DNA of 64,000 nt from assembly GCA_028534125.1 (NCBI GenBank), contig CM052817.1:104596001-104660000 (forward strand), read 5' to 3'. The position numbers and the translations under genes are program-made. Below are positions 40,780 to 53,448 of this stretch, piece by piece (within the stretch, counting starts at the first letter, position 1; each line of letters starts with the position of its first letter). The stretch is from Lama glama (Eukaryota). Under the pieces are notes generated by a model. That model had not been told where the DNA came from. It did no database searches and was given only the letters and a program-made list of their open reading frames with translations.

Positions 40780-42030
40780 CGGAAAGATAAATACAGCTCC
40801 GCTCTGCCGATAACCACGCCAGCACGCGCCACCCTCTCTTCTCGTTTCTAACAGCAGAGTTGCTCTTCCCTTGAGAAATCTGAAATTTAAAAATTGCATT
40901 TGGGCTGCAAATTCTGCTGAGAGCGCCTTAGGCGATTTCCGCCGTCTACCGTCAAGTCTTTGGGCTTCGATCCAACACGGTGGTTGGGTTCCTTTAAAAG
41001 GCAACCGAAAGGTCCGCAAGCTCGGGGATAAATTCCCGGTTTCGGAATTCGCGGCGCAGGGATGTGTCACGGCGGCACCTGGTCCCGGAGCGGAGACCGG
41101 GTAGCGGCGGGCGGCGAGGCAGGTGGCCGGCTCCCCAGGACCCCCCGGGGACCCCACGGGGACCCCGGCCCCGAGCGCTGCCGGACCGCCCGGAGTTCGC
41201 CCTCCCAGCGGGCTGCATCCTCCCCGGCTCCGGCCGGACCCCCGACACTCTCCCCCCGCTCGGCCCTGCCCGCCCACCCGGGGGGACGCCTGCCCCTCAC
41301 CGGGCCCCGCCAGCTCCCTCCGCGCCTGAGAGCCGCCCGTTCCCCCGCCGGGACCCCCGCCCCCACCCACGGCCCTTCCCGTACCTCGGGGCGCCCCGGC
41401 TCCCGGGATCCCGGCCGCTTCTGCGCTCGGCGGCGGCGGGGACCGGGACGGGGGGCGCCCGGCACGTGACTGAGCCCGCGGGGACCCGGGACCCGCTCCC
41501 CGAGCCCGGCGCGGGGCGCCCCCTACCTTCGGGTGGGCCGAGGAGGGGCGGGGGCCTCTGGCACCCGGTCTCCCAGGCTGGGCCCGCCGAGGCCGCGTGG
41601 GCCGGGCGCGCAGGGAAGTCAGGGTGCGGAGCCGGCGTGGGCGCGGTGCGCGCGGAGCCCGGGCGCCCCCAGAAAGCTTCAGGGCCCAGGTTTTCTCTTT
41701 GTTCGGGGAATAAAAAAGATGATAATAATAAAAACCCCAACCAAAGCGGAGTACTGCTCTTTCTCGCACCTTTTGTAGCGAGGCGGGGAGGCGTCCGGGC
41801 AGGGGTCGGCCTGCGCCGGCGGGGACGCGGGGACGCGGGGGCGCGGAGACGCCCGGGCGAACGGGGACCGGGTTCCTCCCGGCGCCGCGGGGACGAGGCG
41901 TGGGCGCGGGGCGGGCGCGGAGGGAGCGGAGCCCACGCTTCTCCCCGCAGCGCGGCGGTGAGAGAGGACGGGGGTGAAAAGAGGTTAGAAAGACAAAACA
42001 AACAAAACTTGTCCTCCCGTTTCTTCTCAA
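40780..42030. promoter_or_regulatory. CpG island, probable NPY5R promoter (minus strand) and distal NPY1R promoter
   Basis: Extremely GC/CpG-rich, with a GC box (ggggcgggg ~41545) and CACGTGAC at 41463. It lies 11 kb upstream of the NPY1R island, matching the known divergent NPY1R/NPY5R layout. The gene assignment is by synteny only. Confidence 0.75.
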
Positions 42031-42735
42031 CGTGATTTCCATCCCCAGTGCCTCCAAGTATGTATTGCACACATGTGCCTCATCTTCAGTTACCAGTTGT
42101 CAGGTACTTCAGCACCCCCCCCCCCCGCCCACACACACATTAGGGAGAGGTCCATATGTGTTTGACCATAGCAGAGACCGGAAGATGGTGTATTTTTTGT
42201 GCACTTTACAACTGAAAACGGTTGTGTGACAGTCCCAGTATCGCATGTATGGGGACAAGTGCCAGTCCCATAAGATTGGCCTGTATCCCTTGGGAGCAAG
42301 GCTATTTGTAAATGTAATTTCTGGGGGCAGCAAGCGCTAGCTGTTACCCCGGAGGTCAGAGAAAAATTCTTGTGGCCTTTTCCTGCTAAATGTTAGCATT
42401 TGATACTCAGGGGACCCGTCTAGATTGTTATTGTATCAGCCAAAGGGCCATCCGAGAGCTCTTAAATCCAGTGCGTCCTCCTTGGCCGCGTTAACGATAG
42501 GCAGTGTGAACAGGCCCACGGGGTTCTTCAGTGAGTGAGGGCCAGGTGGAAGCGCCAAGCAGGGGACCCTTGGGAGGAAACAAAAGCTTGGCTGGGAGAC
42601 TTTCTTCACTCCAGCATCTGTGCAGTGAGGTACCGCCCGTGACCACAGGAACTCCTAGCCTCCCATCCCTGCACAGTTACAGCACACACCTCCTTCCAGT
42701 ACCATTGGACGTAAAACAGCTTCCAAATGAACCCT

Positions 42736-43292
42736 GCTGTGACGACTGTCCACGACGAATGGGGGAAATGTCCCCCGTCCCTGTCTTGAGTTCTTGGGGC
42801 TGGAGTAATAAGAAAGTTGGCACAAGACAGATTGACAGGAGAAATAGAAACACATTTTGATTACACACAAGGAGGTCTCATAGAAATGGGACTTAGGAAG
42901 TGGGTCAATGAGGCAACTTTTACATTTTTTAGACAAAAAAAGAATACATTTGTGAGGATTTGATGGGACAAAGGAACTTAGGTTTTGGTTTAGTAAGGAA
43001 TCTAAACAGAGTTTGGGCTTGGGGTAGTAAATTAAAGGAGTAACAAGGCTTGTTTGTAAGCCTTGCAGCAAAGCTGCTCTGCCCAAACTCCCTCTCTCTG
43101 GCAATAAAAGTGTCCTACCTCCACATGCAGGGAGTGCACCTTTCACGCGGGAGATTTATTCTCTGTTTTCTGGGAGGCAGAGCGGGAGGGTCAGAGTTTC
43201 TCTCTTGCACTGGTCATTTCTTAAGTAACTTTAGTTTTAAATAATCAATATGCCACTGTGGCATATTTTGAAGCCCACCCTGAGACCCAATA
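42736..43292 (-). mobile_element. ERV solo LTR next to the distal CpG island
   Basis: ERV1-like LTR text (acaagacagattgacaggagaaa...ataatcaatatgcca...gcatattttg). Ends approximate. Confidence 0.7.
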
Positions 43293-45912
43293 CCATCTTC
43301 CAAAAAAAAAAAAAAAAAAGAAAAAAGTAGTTTAGGCTATAAACTTTTGTATATTAGAGACACAGATGAATTGTATTTTTCACTTTTCTACAAATTTGGC
43401 TTTTTTCTTTTGATGGTATGAATGTTTAGGTTGAAGCAACTATCATGATTAGAGTAAAAATAAAAGAACAACATGTTTTTGAGATGAAGATTTTCGTTAA
43501 CTCACCCTTTTCCTTCTCACCATACACACAAATGTGCAAGTTTCAAAAAGGGAGTCAGAATTTCTTCTTTAAAGACACGTTTGGTGCACATGGAGTGAAC
43601 ACATTATTAGAAATCCTTTTTTTTGAAGAAATTGTCAATTTGAAAATTCCTACAATGTGCCACACAAACAGGAAAATATCAGGACAAGTGTGTTTTTTCC
43701 CTTCAAATTTCCCTAGAGGGATTCAAGACTAATCATCATCACTCTGCAGGACATGATAGAGTAATTTTGTTTCTGTCTGAGGGAGTAACATTTTAGCAGA
43801 GGGAGAACCACCTCTGGGAAGAGAATTAGTAATGTCCACCCCTGTCCTATGTTTTTTTTTCCCACTCACTATTCAGAAAATGCTCAGTTGGGAAATTAAG
43901 TTGGATTTCATCTGTGTTACAAAATTAAACTGGCTATTTCCCAGTTCTCATGTTTCTTTAACAGTTATGGAAGAAATATCTATAAAGGTAAAAGTTAAAA
44001 TTACTGAGGACTCCTAAGACAAATTATTGAATGATAAAGCACTCTTTAGACAATGCGTGGGGTGACATTTCTCTGAGGAATCTCTGCTGTTTTTGTCAAA
44101 GTAACTGCTACATTTTAGTAATGACTACCATCTGGGAAAGACAGTTACTCAAGCGCCTTGATATCTTCTCAAATGATACATGATCTTGATATGTTAGTTA
44201 TAGGAATAGTGGGAGTAAATAAACTAAAGAAAATACTATTATTTGTTGCACTTTTTTCTCTGACAATTTTTATTATATTCATTAAGAGTAAACGTTTCTT
44301 TGTCCACTGTTTCTGTCATGGTAAGTTTAAATCTTTAATTCTTAAATGGTATGGAAAGGGCCATTTTTATGTGTTAAAAATACTTTCCTGATGCTCATTG
44401 CTGCATTGATTTCTTTGAATAGTCATAGTTTGTCACATAATCAATATTTAGGCTTAAGGAACTAACTTATAATTGTGAGATGCATGTATTTTTTAAAGTA
44501 ACAAAAGCTATTAAAAAAAAACTCAAAGTATTCGAATGCATAGAGTCATTTTTCCAGAGATTAATGATCATTTTGAGAAGCTGAGGGAGAACTATAAACA
44601 TTTTGCTGCCTTTTTCTGCCCAGCACTGTGCTACGTAAGCAAAATTTTATCTTTCTTTTTAATGCGCTAATGATTACATCATTAAATATAGAGCAGTGAA
44701 TGATTCCAGAGGGAACGTACAGTTCTTTTAATTTTTTATGTTAAAAATATATATACACTTATGTGCAATACACACGTATATAGTTATACAATCACGAACC
44801 ATATACATATTTGTTTGATGGATGTTTTTCGTAACACCTGGATGCAGCCAGGTTTTATCTCAAATTAGTGATGTGGCTTTAGACCACTTGATCTTTTTAG
44901 TCTTTACTTTCTTTGCCTACAAAACAAAATATTCTGACTAGTAGATCTGGCACCCACTTTGGGCTTGGAATACCTCTGATTTTATGCCATTAATAAGCAC
45001 ATATTACAGACATATGGGTAGAAAAATAGCCTTTTGGATCTTCAGAAAAATTTGATGGCCATAAACTTTGGTTGTTTCCCCTTCATATTAGGAGAACTAA
45101 AAAAAAAGAAAAAGAAGAAAAATATTGATGATGAAGTTTCCCATTATTATGGCAGATTCTCTTCCCTGTAGCTAGTAATAAATATATAATATTTATTATT
45201 TGATTCATTTTTTTAAGAAGTTGTGGGTGTCTTACAACAAACCATTCTTTATCTAATTATATTATTTAAAAAATTTTATTGCAAAGTAAATAATGAGGGA
45301 GAACATAGATTCCTTTGGAAACACAATATTCCATCATGTAAGTTCATATACAGATCATATATTCTTCTCTTTTGTAGGTTAAAACTCACAAAAAGTGTTG
45401 TTGATAAGTATCACCTCAATATGCATTTCTTAGTTAATTTTTCATGGTTAATATTTTAAATCTAGTTATAAGTCTAAATATAGCTTTGCTATATTTAAGT
45501 GGAAATGAAAGGGAACCAGTTTATTTATGTATTTCTGGTATGTTGGTTTGTTTTGAATGGCCTTTAAAAAGAATGTTTAGAGAACTGTTCAAAGCATAAG
45601 CTCAGAATCAGAAGTGGATATGATTGAATAATATGCTATTCAAAAATGCATGTTACCACAGTCTTACTCTTATCATTCTCACAGGTTATCCAGCTTTTAA
45701 AATTATAGTATTCAGTAGGTAGAAAAAGGTATGAGACATTTTCTGTACTTGACATTATATGCATTTTCAAAGGCAGTAAGGTCAATTATTTAAGCTTACA
45801 CTTAATGGGGAAAACAGAATCAACACATAAGGAAATCCAAAACTATAAGAAGAATCAGCAAGAGGAGTATAATTGTAATAATGTATAAAATGCCTACATG
45901 TATACATGCATT

Positions 45913-45914
<2 letters not shown>

Positions 45915-45944
<30 letters not shown>
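45915..45944. repeat. (GT)15 microsatellite
   Basis: Read directly from the sequence. Confidence 0.97.
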
Positions 45945-45947
<3 letters not shown>

Positions 45948-46049
45948 ACAGTAATTCACCATGGCTACAAATGCTGAAGATTATTTTAAAAGGTTTGAGA
46001 TGAACAAATGGACTTGATTTGTGATGTTCATAATTTATTTAGTCCTATC

Positions 46050-47000
46050 CTATTTCTTGTTCTTCAGTCCCCCAACAGAACTGTTTTCAGTATCTTATCA
46101 TATGCCAGATATTATTCCTGGCTCTAAGTTTTAAGAGGTGAAAAAAAATAGTCACTGCCTTCTAGAGATCATAGTGTAGCTGTTCATCTGTGTACATATA
46201 TAGTGACTGCAATACAGTGTGAAACATTCTAGGTTAGAGATGAACTCAGAATGCATAGGAGGGCAAACTCAGCCGGTGGCGGTGGGGGTGGGGGGGATTT
46301 GGGAGATGGAGAGAGATGTTTAAGACAGGGCTTCATAGTGGAGAAGATCCTTGAACTGAAGTTTGAAGAACTGGTGGAACAAACCAGCAGACCGAGGGGG
46401 TGAGCAAGTAAGAAGTGGGGAAACAGTGTGAAGCTGATGGAGTAACATTCAGAGAAGTGCAGACAGTGCCATTTGACTGAAATGTGCAGGGATGGGTAGA
46501 GGATGATACTGAAAATGTTAGAAAGGACATTGTTTGCACTTTGGGTAAAGGATCTGGAGAGCACCTAGAAGATTTCAGCTGATCAGTGATATCACTGGAC
46601 TGCTGCGAAAGTAGCCGGTGGCCAAGAGACCATTTAGTAGAGAAATAAGCGGAACTTGATGGATGTGAAAGAACACATTTTAGATGTATTAGGTGGTGAA
46701 AGCAGTGAGAATGTGTGACCAATTCCCAACTGACCAATTGAATTTGAGACCAGTTGAATCTGAGAGTGCAAGAGAGGGAAATACGAGGAACGATTTTCAG
46801 GTTCCAGCTTGAGGGGTAGAGAAGATGTTACTGGCTTGCATAAGGTCCACCAGCAGTGAAGCACATTTGCCAAGGAAGCTGGGGAGGGGTCTGTACTTCA
46901 CGTGGAGATTTAGGATTACAAACAACATATAAGCATGTGATTGATGGCAGAGGGTATGATTAAGCTTGAAAGTGAAAGGAGATTAAGAATGAGATCTCTG
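46050..47000 (-). mobile_element. L2 LINE fragment (continues about 47540-47950)
   Basis: Purine-rich L2 antisense motifs (cactgccttctagagatcatag, ttgaactgaagtttgaag, tgtccactggtttagcc). Confidence 0.65.
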
Positions 47001-49554
47001 GTAAATCTGGGAATTTCAGGGCTGATCAGGCAAGAGACAGGACCAGAAAGGCAGGACACACAAGCCTTATTTGGGTGGTTCTGGACAGGCTTGCTTGATA
47101 AAGAAGCTTCTCCCAGCAAGAGATCTTCCAGAGACAATACTGTGGACTACCACTCAGAAGGGGGATGGGACAGGGGACCCCTGGGAAGAAGGAAAAAACA
47201 GAGAGGGGCTCAGTGTTTAGGTGACATCACTCAGTGGCAAGTTGGGGAGATTTGGGTCAGAGGGCTCCAAAGGGTGGCAGCGGATCAATGTCTTTTTAGA
47301 GTTACAGGATTTGTCTTACTGAAGGTTAGCAGATGTTGGGTGCAATTTCTCAGAGTATTGAAATTAGGTCAGCTCTAAATGGCTGAAATTATCTTTATCT
47401 GAATTGCATTTAAAGCAATTAGATGTGTGAGAATTTGAGATGAATGCCGTCCGGCGTGGGTGTCCTGGCCGGCTGTGAAGAAGTCAACATTATGGCGACC
47501 ACTTAAAGCTAATAGACAGGGACCATCTCTGGCCCATTGATACAAAAGGGTCCGAGGGAGAAAAAAACCCTAAGAAGGAGGTGGAGACAGCAGATCCTGG
47601 GGAAGAAGACTGCGCATAGCCAGTAAAGAAAGAGAGCCATCTGAAGTATAGTTAGTGAGGTTCAAAGAAAAGGAAGATTCCAGTAGAAGATGGTGAAGGG
47701 CGTCAAATGCAACTGTAAAGACGTAATAAAGTCTTAACTGTGTCCACTGGTTTAGCCATTGGTGTCCTGGGAAGAAGCAAGTCCCAGTGGATCATCTGAG
47801 GAACAATGAGAGGGCAGGAAATGTACCTTAATCTTGGAGGAGTGACCAGGAAAGAGAAGGTCGCCAGAGAGGCTATGACATGAGTGAGAGTGGCAGTGAG
47901 GAAGTGAGAGTGATTTTGTTTTGCTATTTTTGCCTTCAGTGTTGAGCCTAGAAATGTAAATTGTTGAATCAACAGGTATTATAGTTATGTGATTGTTGTG
48001 TAACAAACCTCCCAGAAATTAGTGGCAACACAACCGCTGGTGGATTGAGTAGGTCCACCCCTCAGGAAAGCACAATGACAATGGCTGGTCTCCATCACGT
48101 GGCGTTTAGCGCGGCAGCTGGGAAAACTCAGTGGGCTAGTGTCACTCGATGCGTGGAGGCTGAATCAGCTGGGCTGGGGGATCTGCTGCCAAAATGAGGG
48201 CTGTGAAAGGAAATAAATATGCTATGGCTTTTACTCCCTTCAGAAGGAAGAAGGCATTCACTGAGGCTTGAGTGTATGAGGCAGGAGCCTGGGAGAGAGG
48301 GTGGCAATTTGAAATAGCTTCTTAGAGGAGCAGAATTGGGTGTCACCCAAGCCCAGGAATTTCTGAGTAGTATTTAAAGCTCAACCGAGGTTCTGAATTT
48401 GTAGTTGCAATAATCTGTGCAGTTGAGTTATTTTCACCAATGTACTCTGCTAGCAGAGAGTGGTAGCCAGGCAGGTCCCCAGGGTGAGAAGAGTCAGGTT
48501 ATATCACAGACCAGACTTGGCACCGTGATCTCTTTCTGGCTTTGTATGTGTCTGGGGAAAGAAAAGCAACAGCTAGACCTTACACAAAGGAATGACTGAG
48601 GCACAACCACCTAAGAAAAGTGATTCCTTGGGAAATCATACCGCCTCTGCACCTCTTTGTTAAATGATTTATGTTCACGTAAGGAATCTTTTTCTTATCT
48701 TTGGGAAAAATTGCCCTGTCTCAGGATGGGAAATAGCTTTATATCAAGGGGCCAAGTCTGATCTGCTGCTGTGCTGTGTTGTGAAGGGGTCTAATGCCAA
48801 GCCTGAGGTTTCAGGGGTGGGGGTAGGGTTGGGGTGGCACTGGGGCAGGATGAATGGAGACCTTTTTCATGGAAGGTGGAAGGTCAATCAATGGTGGCAT
48901 CCATATTTGCCCTTCTCACTAGCTATCCCTACTCCTTTTTGAAGGGAGATACGAACAACTGGTAATATAATCAAAACAACAATATGACAATGGCAAAGCT
49001 CTTCTCATTTTACCATGCAGTAAATACACAATATTACACTTTTGTAAAATAATATTACACATTTGTTGAAGGTTGAAAATGTGTCTAACAAGATGAAGTC
49101 TGCATGAAAATGTTTGAATATTTACCAAATAATTTTGAGATCTTAGTCCTACGGATTCTATTCTGACAGAGTTTTAAAATGAATCTCTAAATTTGTAGCC
49201 TGTGTAACCAAATGAGAATGTTCTTGAAGTGCATTCTCATTTCCAATCAAGAACAAATCCATAAATGATACTTGAAGTCTTCTACACAAGGAAGATAGAT
49301 GGATTGTCTATTTAATTATATACTAACATTGTAACTCAATTAACTGTCACTTCTTTCTGCTAGTTAATTGTCTGAAAAAGACGGCTGAATAAAATGATCA
49401 CATTGACTATTTGAATGTACTAACCAATTTAGTCAAAGTTCTTTACCTACTATGTTTTATTGGTTCTAAGATGAGGACTTTTAAGAACATTGTAACACTC
49501 TAACTTTGAGATTCATTTACAATTGATTGTGTGTCATTGCTTTACTGGAAGCAT

Positions 49555-50103
49555 TTTTTAAATTGAAGTTTAGTCGATTTACAATGCTGTGTTAATTTCC
49601 AGTGTACAGCATAGTGATTCATTTATGCATACATATACATATATATATATTCCTTTTCATATTCTTTTTCATTATAGGCCATTACAAGGTATTGAATATA
49701 GTTCCCTATGCTATACAGTAAGGCCTTATTGTTTATTTATTTTTCATATAATAGTATCTACAAATCTTTAAATCTCAATTTATTCCTCCCCACCCCCATC
49801 CCCCCGGATAACCATAAGTTTGTTTTCTATGTCTGTGAGTCTGTGTCTGTTTTGTAAATAAGTTCATTTGTGTCCTTTTTTTAAGATTCCACATATAAAT
49901 GATATCATATGGTATTTTTCTTTCTCTTTCTGGCTTACTTCACTTAGAATGATCATCTCCATGTCCATCCATGTTGCTGCAAATGGTATTATTTCATTCT
50001 TTTTCTGGCTTAGTAGTATTCCATTGTATAAGTGTACCACATCTTCTTTATCCAGTCCTCTGTTGATGGACATTTAGAATGCTTCCATGTCTTGGCTATT
50101 GTA
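49555..50103 (-). mobile_element. L1 3' end (ORF2 tail and 3'UTR)
   Basis: ORF 49864-50073 KNEIIPFAATWMDMEMIILSEVSQKEKEKYHMISFICG is L1 3' sequence. Confidence 0.93.
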
Positions 50104-51022
50104 AGTATGCACTTAGTATCTCTTAAAGGTTCATTTCTTCCCTCAAAAAACAAACAGATTGCGGTTATTGGTGCTGGCTTACACTTATATTTATCTTTAA
50201 AACTTCTGCTTTAAAAGTTGCAACTTCACTTAAGAGTGGATTAAAAAACGTCTTCAACACACATCTTCTGAGGAACTCAGATTACTCTTTAATGCTTATC
50301 TTCTGGGCAAGATTACCTGGTTTATTTTAAGTCTTCTGAGGTTATATTATAGGAAGATCTTATGTTGTATTTGGTTATTATACTATAACTACATTTTCTA
50401 GTTTACACATTTGATAGACTCTTTAGTAAATGATATTCCTAGACAATTGTATAAACTTGCTGTTTTTGTTCAAAGTTTCAAAACTTCTCAAAATCTGACA
50501 TGGAAAAAAGTCTTTGAGACCAATGATCATTCAAAGATTGGTACTGATATTGATATTAATATCTCAAGAATGCAGCTTTGCAAATTTGCCTGGAGAGGCA
50601 CTTTATAAAAATGAATAAGATGACAAAATACAAGGTCACAGTAATTCAGGCATTCTTGCAGACACGCCTTTATTAGTATTCTTGGAAAACATGGAAAGGA
50701 AATGATCTAATGAGTCCAAATTATATTCTTAAATACAAAATATTTGCTGATATAACAAAAATGTTTACATAAAATCTATTTGTTTTAGAGAATTAAATTA
50801 TTTTATTTGTAATTCTTGCAGCAGATTAAAAATAGCCAATTTGATGATCAAGACCTTGGGAGTAAATTTGCTTCTGTGAATAGAATGTGACTTAACAGGA
50901 TGGAGTAAACACAGAGTGAACAGAAACCTAAATGAGTTATTGCTTTTTAAGTAGTTGAAATTCCTAAATTTATGCCTTAGATTTTCATCCTTGGTTTAAA
51001 GAAAAAGGAAAAGAAAGAAAGA

Positions 51023-51089
51023 ATATATATATATATATATTCTTATATATATATATATATATATATATATACTCTTATATATATATATA
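51023..51089. repeat. Interrupted (AT)n microsatellite
   Basis: Three (AT)n blocks separated by short tct-containing spacers. Confidence 0.95.
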
Positions 51090-51582
51090 CTATTTTACTC
51101 TTTTGTCATTAGTGGTGTTTTTAAAAATATATGTTTATATCTACAATTAGAGTACACTTATACAGCCATGCTATTTTAATTTTCAGTCATAATCCCTTTC
51201 CAACTTTATAACATTATATCAAATGACAAATGTTTTAGAAAGCTTTCCTGGGGTGGGGAAGGGGGTAAGAAAAAACAACAGAGATCGTGACCATCACCAT
51301 TTATATAAATAAATGAGTTACAGTTTCTGTTGAGCTTTAAATAGTATTTATTCAGCCTGACAACTAGAACAATAAAACATTTTCCAATAAAGTTCCAGGG
51401 ATTCCATTTGTCTGGGAATTTTGTTTTGTTTTGTTTTTATTTTAAAGACAGAATGCAATCACAGTTGTTATGTAGTAAAACTTGTATGTGTCTTCTAGAC
51501 AGTGTCCTGTATCTTGATTAGGAAGACATTCTATTATTTGACAGTTTGATTTGGAAGACATTGTATTCATCTACATCAGTAA

Positions 51583-51586
<4 letters not shown>

Positions 51587-51644
<58 letters not shown>
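51587..51644. repeat. Compound (TG)14(AG)15 microsatellite
   Basis: Read directly from the sequence. Confidence 0.97.
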
Positions 51645-51646
<2 letters not shown>

Positions 51647-52255
51647 TCTTACACAACTTTGGCTTCTCTAAGTAGTCTAGAATTGTGTAAACATCTGAGA
51701 TTAGTGCATCAGCAATGAGCCTGAATCATCAGGCACTAGGACGGCTTTGCACCATCAAAGTACATTTCTGTTCTGTTCTTCCTTAGTACTATTCAGCAAG
51801 GTAGTGGATTAAGTACCAAGGAAATGGCAGTGACTCTCAGTGACCAGCGGGAAAATGTTCTGCTCCTCGTGCTCTCCTGAAAGAAGTAACGGTGCTGGGA
51901 ACAAATCGGCTCAACGCATTTTCCCAGTAAAGGGAAAAAGGACTTTTTAAAAGGCCCGTCTATTTCATCCGGGATTCGCTCCTTTTGCCTTTTTAAGGTC
52001 TTCTTTTGGTTCACAGTGTAAAATGCAGGGAAAACTTCTGGGCCTGGCGTAACTGACATCCCAGCGTCACAGGGGAGAGCGAGGCGGGCAGGGGCGGCGC
52101 ACTGGCGGTGGGCTGCGCGCCCCTTTCCCCGAGCCTGGCTTTCGCTCCGCCGCGCGCACAGCCGGCGCGGCCTCGGCCGCGAGGTGGCACCGACCGCCAA
52201 CGACGGCGCGCGGGCACGACCTCGCCGCCCGGCACCGCGCCTCCCTCTCGGCCTG

Positions 52256-52283
52256 GCCGAGCGCCGAGCGCCGAGCGCCGAGC
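52256..52283 (+). repeat. (GCCGAGC)4 tandem repeat in the NPY1R promoter
   Basis: Four perfect 7-mers. Confidence 0.95.
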
Positions 52284-52429
52284 GCGCACCCCCGGGCCGG
52301 GCGCGCGGTCCGACAGCGCGCGCATCTCCCGGCTCGGCCTTCCGAATTCCCCGGCGGCCCGGGCGCGTCCGCCGAAAGGGGTGCGGGGGGCTGCGGCGCC
52401 GCCCGGGGCCGTCACGTGGCCGGGACGAG

Positions 52430-52586
52430 GTGGAGCCCGGCTTCAGGGGCGGCTCTTCCCATCCTCACCGATCTTTAGGATTTGAGCCGGAGAAACACCC
52501 GCGATCTTTTCTCCCCGCTCCGCTCCTCTCCAAGACCGCCCTTCCCGCTCTCAGAAACCGGCTAAAAGACGGATCCGGCAGAGAGG
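52430..52586 (+). other. NPY1R: NPY1R non-coding first exon (exon 1A-like); start approximate
   Basis: Consensus donor gagagg|GTAAGT at 52587 inside the CpG island, about 6.1 kb upstream of the ATG, similar to the human exon 1A distance. Confidence 0.75.
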
Positions 52587-53392
52587 GTAAGTTTCAAGTG
52601 GACACCTTTTTGGGGACTTACTTTTGGGAAATCTTTCACTGATGGGGTGAAGGATGAGAGAGGAAGAAAAGGCACGCGAGTCCCGAAATGGGCTCTGGGG
52701 AGCTGTGGGCGCGCAGGCAGCCTTCGGTTCGGTCCCCGCGCTGGTGGTTGGCGAGATGCTCCAAACCACCGGCCATCTGGGACCGCCTGCGGTGCGGGGC
52801 CGACCCAGGTCACCCGGCTTCTGCACGGGATCCGAATTCTCCTCCTCGAGTTCTCGCGAAATACGGTCCTCCCTGCTTCGCAAAGATGTTTTGGGCATCT
52901 TTCCGAGGCTCCGCGGGGCGGTTACGCTGGGCTTTTGCGGAGGAACGCGCCGCTGGGACGGCCGAGGGAGGCGGGTTGGCGGGTCCACCTTCGCCCCGCG
53001 CGCGGCAGGTGTCCGCGGACACCCGTGGGCGCCCCGCACGCTGGCTGGGTGGAGCCCTGCTCGGGTTTGCTGGTCCCTCCAGTCTGCGCTGCGCCCTAGG
53101 AGACGCCCTGAGCCTTTTCCCCTCTTTCCGAGTTTTCATCATCTAACTCTTCGGGTCCTTTTACACCTGTGATAGTGGAGCCCGGCTGGGTAAGAGATTG
53201 CGGATGGATTGGAGATGGAGGTGGCCTGAGAGTGGTCCGTTGATCCCCAGGTAGACTGGACAGAGGCGACTGTTTTAAGGACTGCTGTTGGGCCAGAGTG
53301 AACCGAGTTTGGGCTCTGCTTGTTTGATTCTGATTGTTGTGGGTGTTTTCTGATTTGCCAGTCTCATCATTATGTCCCCCGAAAGATGGGTA

Positions 53393-53400
53393 GCGTGTGC

Positions 53401-53445
<45 letters not shown>

Positions 53446-53448
53446 TGT
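53393..53448. repeat. (GT)n-type alternating purine-pyrimidine tract
   Basis: 56 bp of uninterrupted RY alternation. Confidence 0.95.

Larger units (their letters stand above)
52060..53110 (+). promoter_or_regulatory. NPY1R: CpG island, NPY1R proximal promoter
   Basis: Very high GC and CpG density, GC box (ggggcgg ~52091), GTCACGTG at 52411, and it contains the exon 1 donor. Confidence 0.9.

Noticed and set aside
40729..42072. Long ORFs of 447, 323 and 257 aa on both strands
   Set aside because: Pro/Arg/Gly/Ala-rich, overlapping in several frames and with no domain. They reflect stop-codon scarcity in a CpG island.
48814..48834. G-quadruplex motif GGGGTGGGGGTAGGGTTGGGG
   Set aside because: It fits the pattern, but such motifs are abundant and nothing else here supports a function.
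52011..53172. Cluster of 110-172 aa ORFs
   Set aside because: Same CpG-island artefact.
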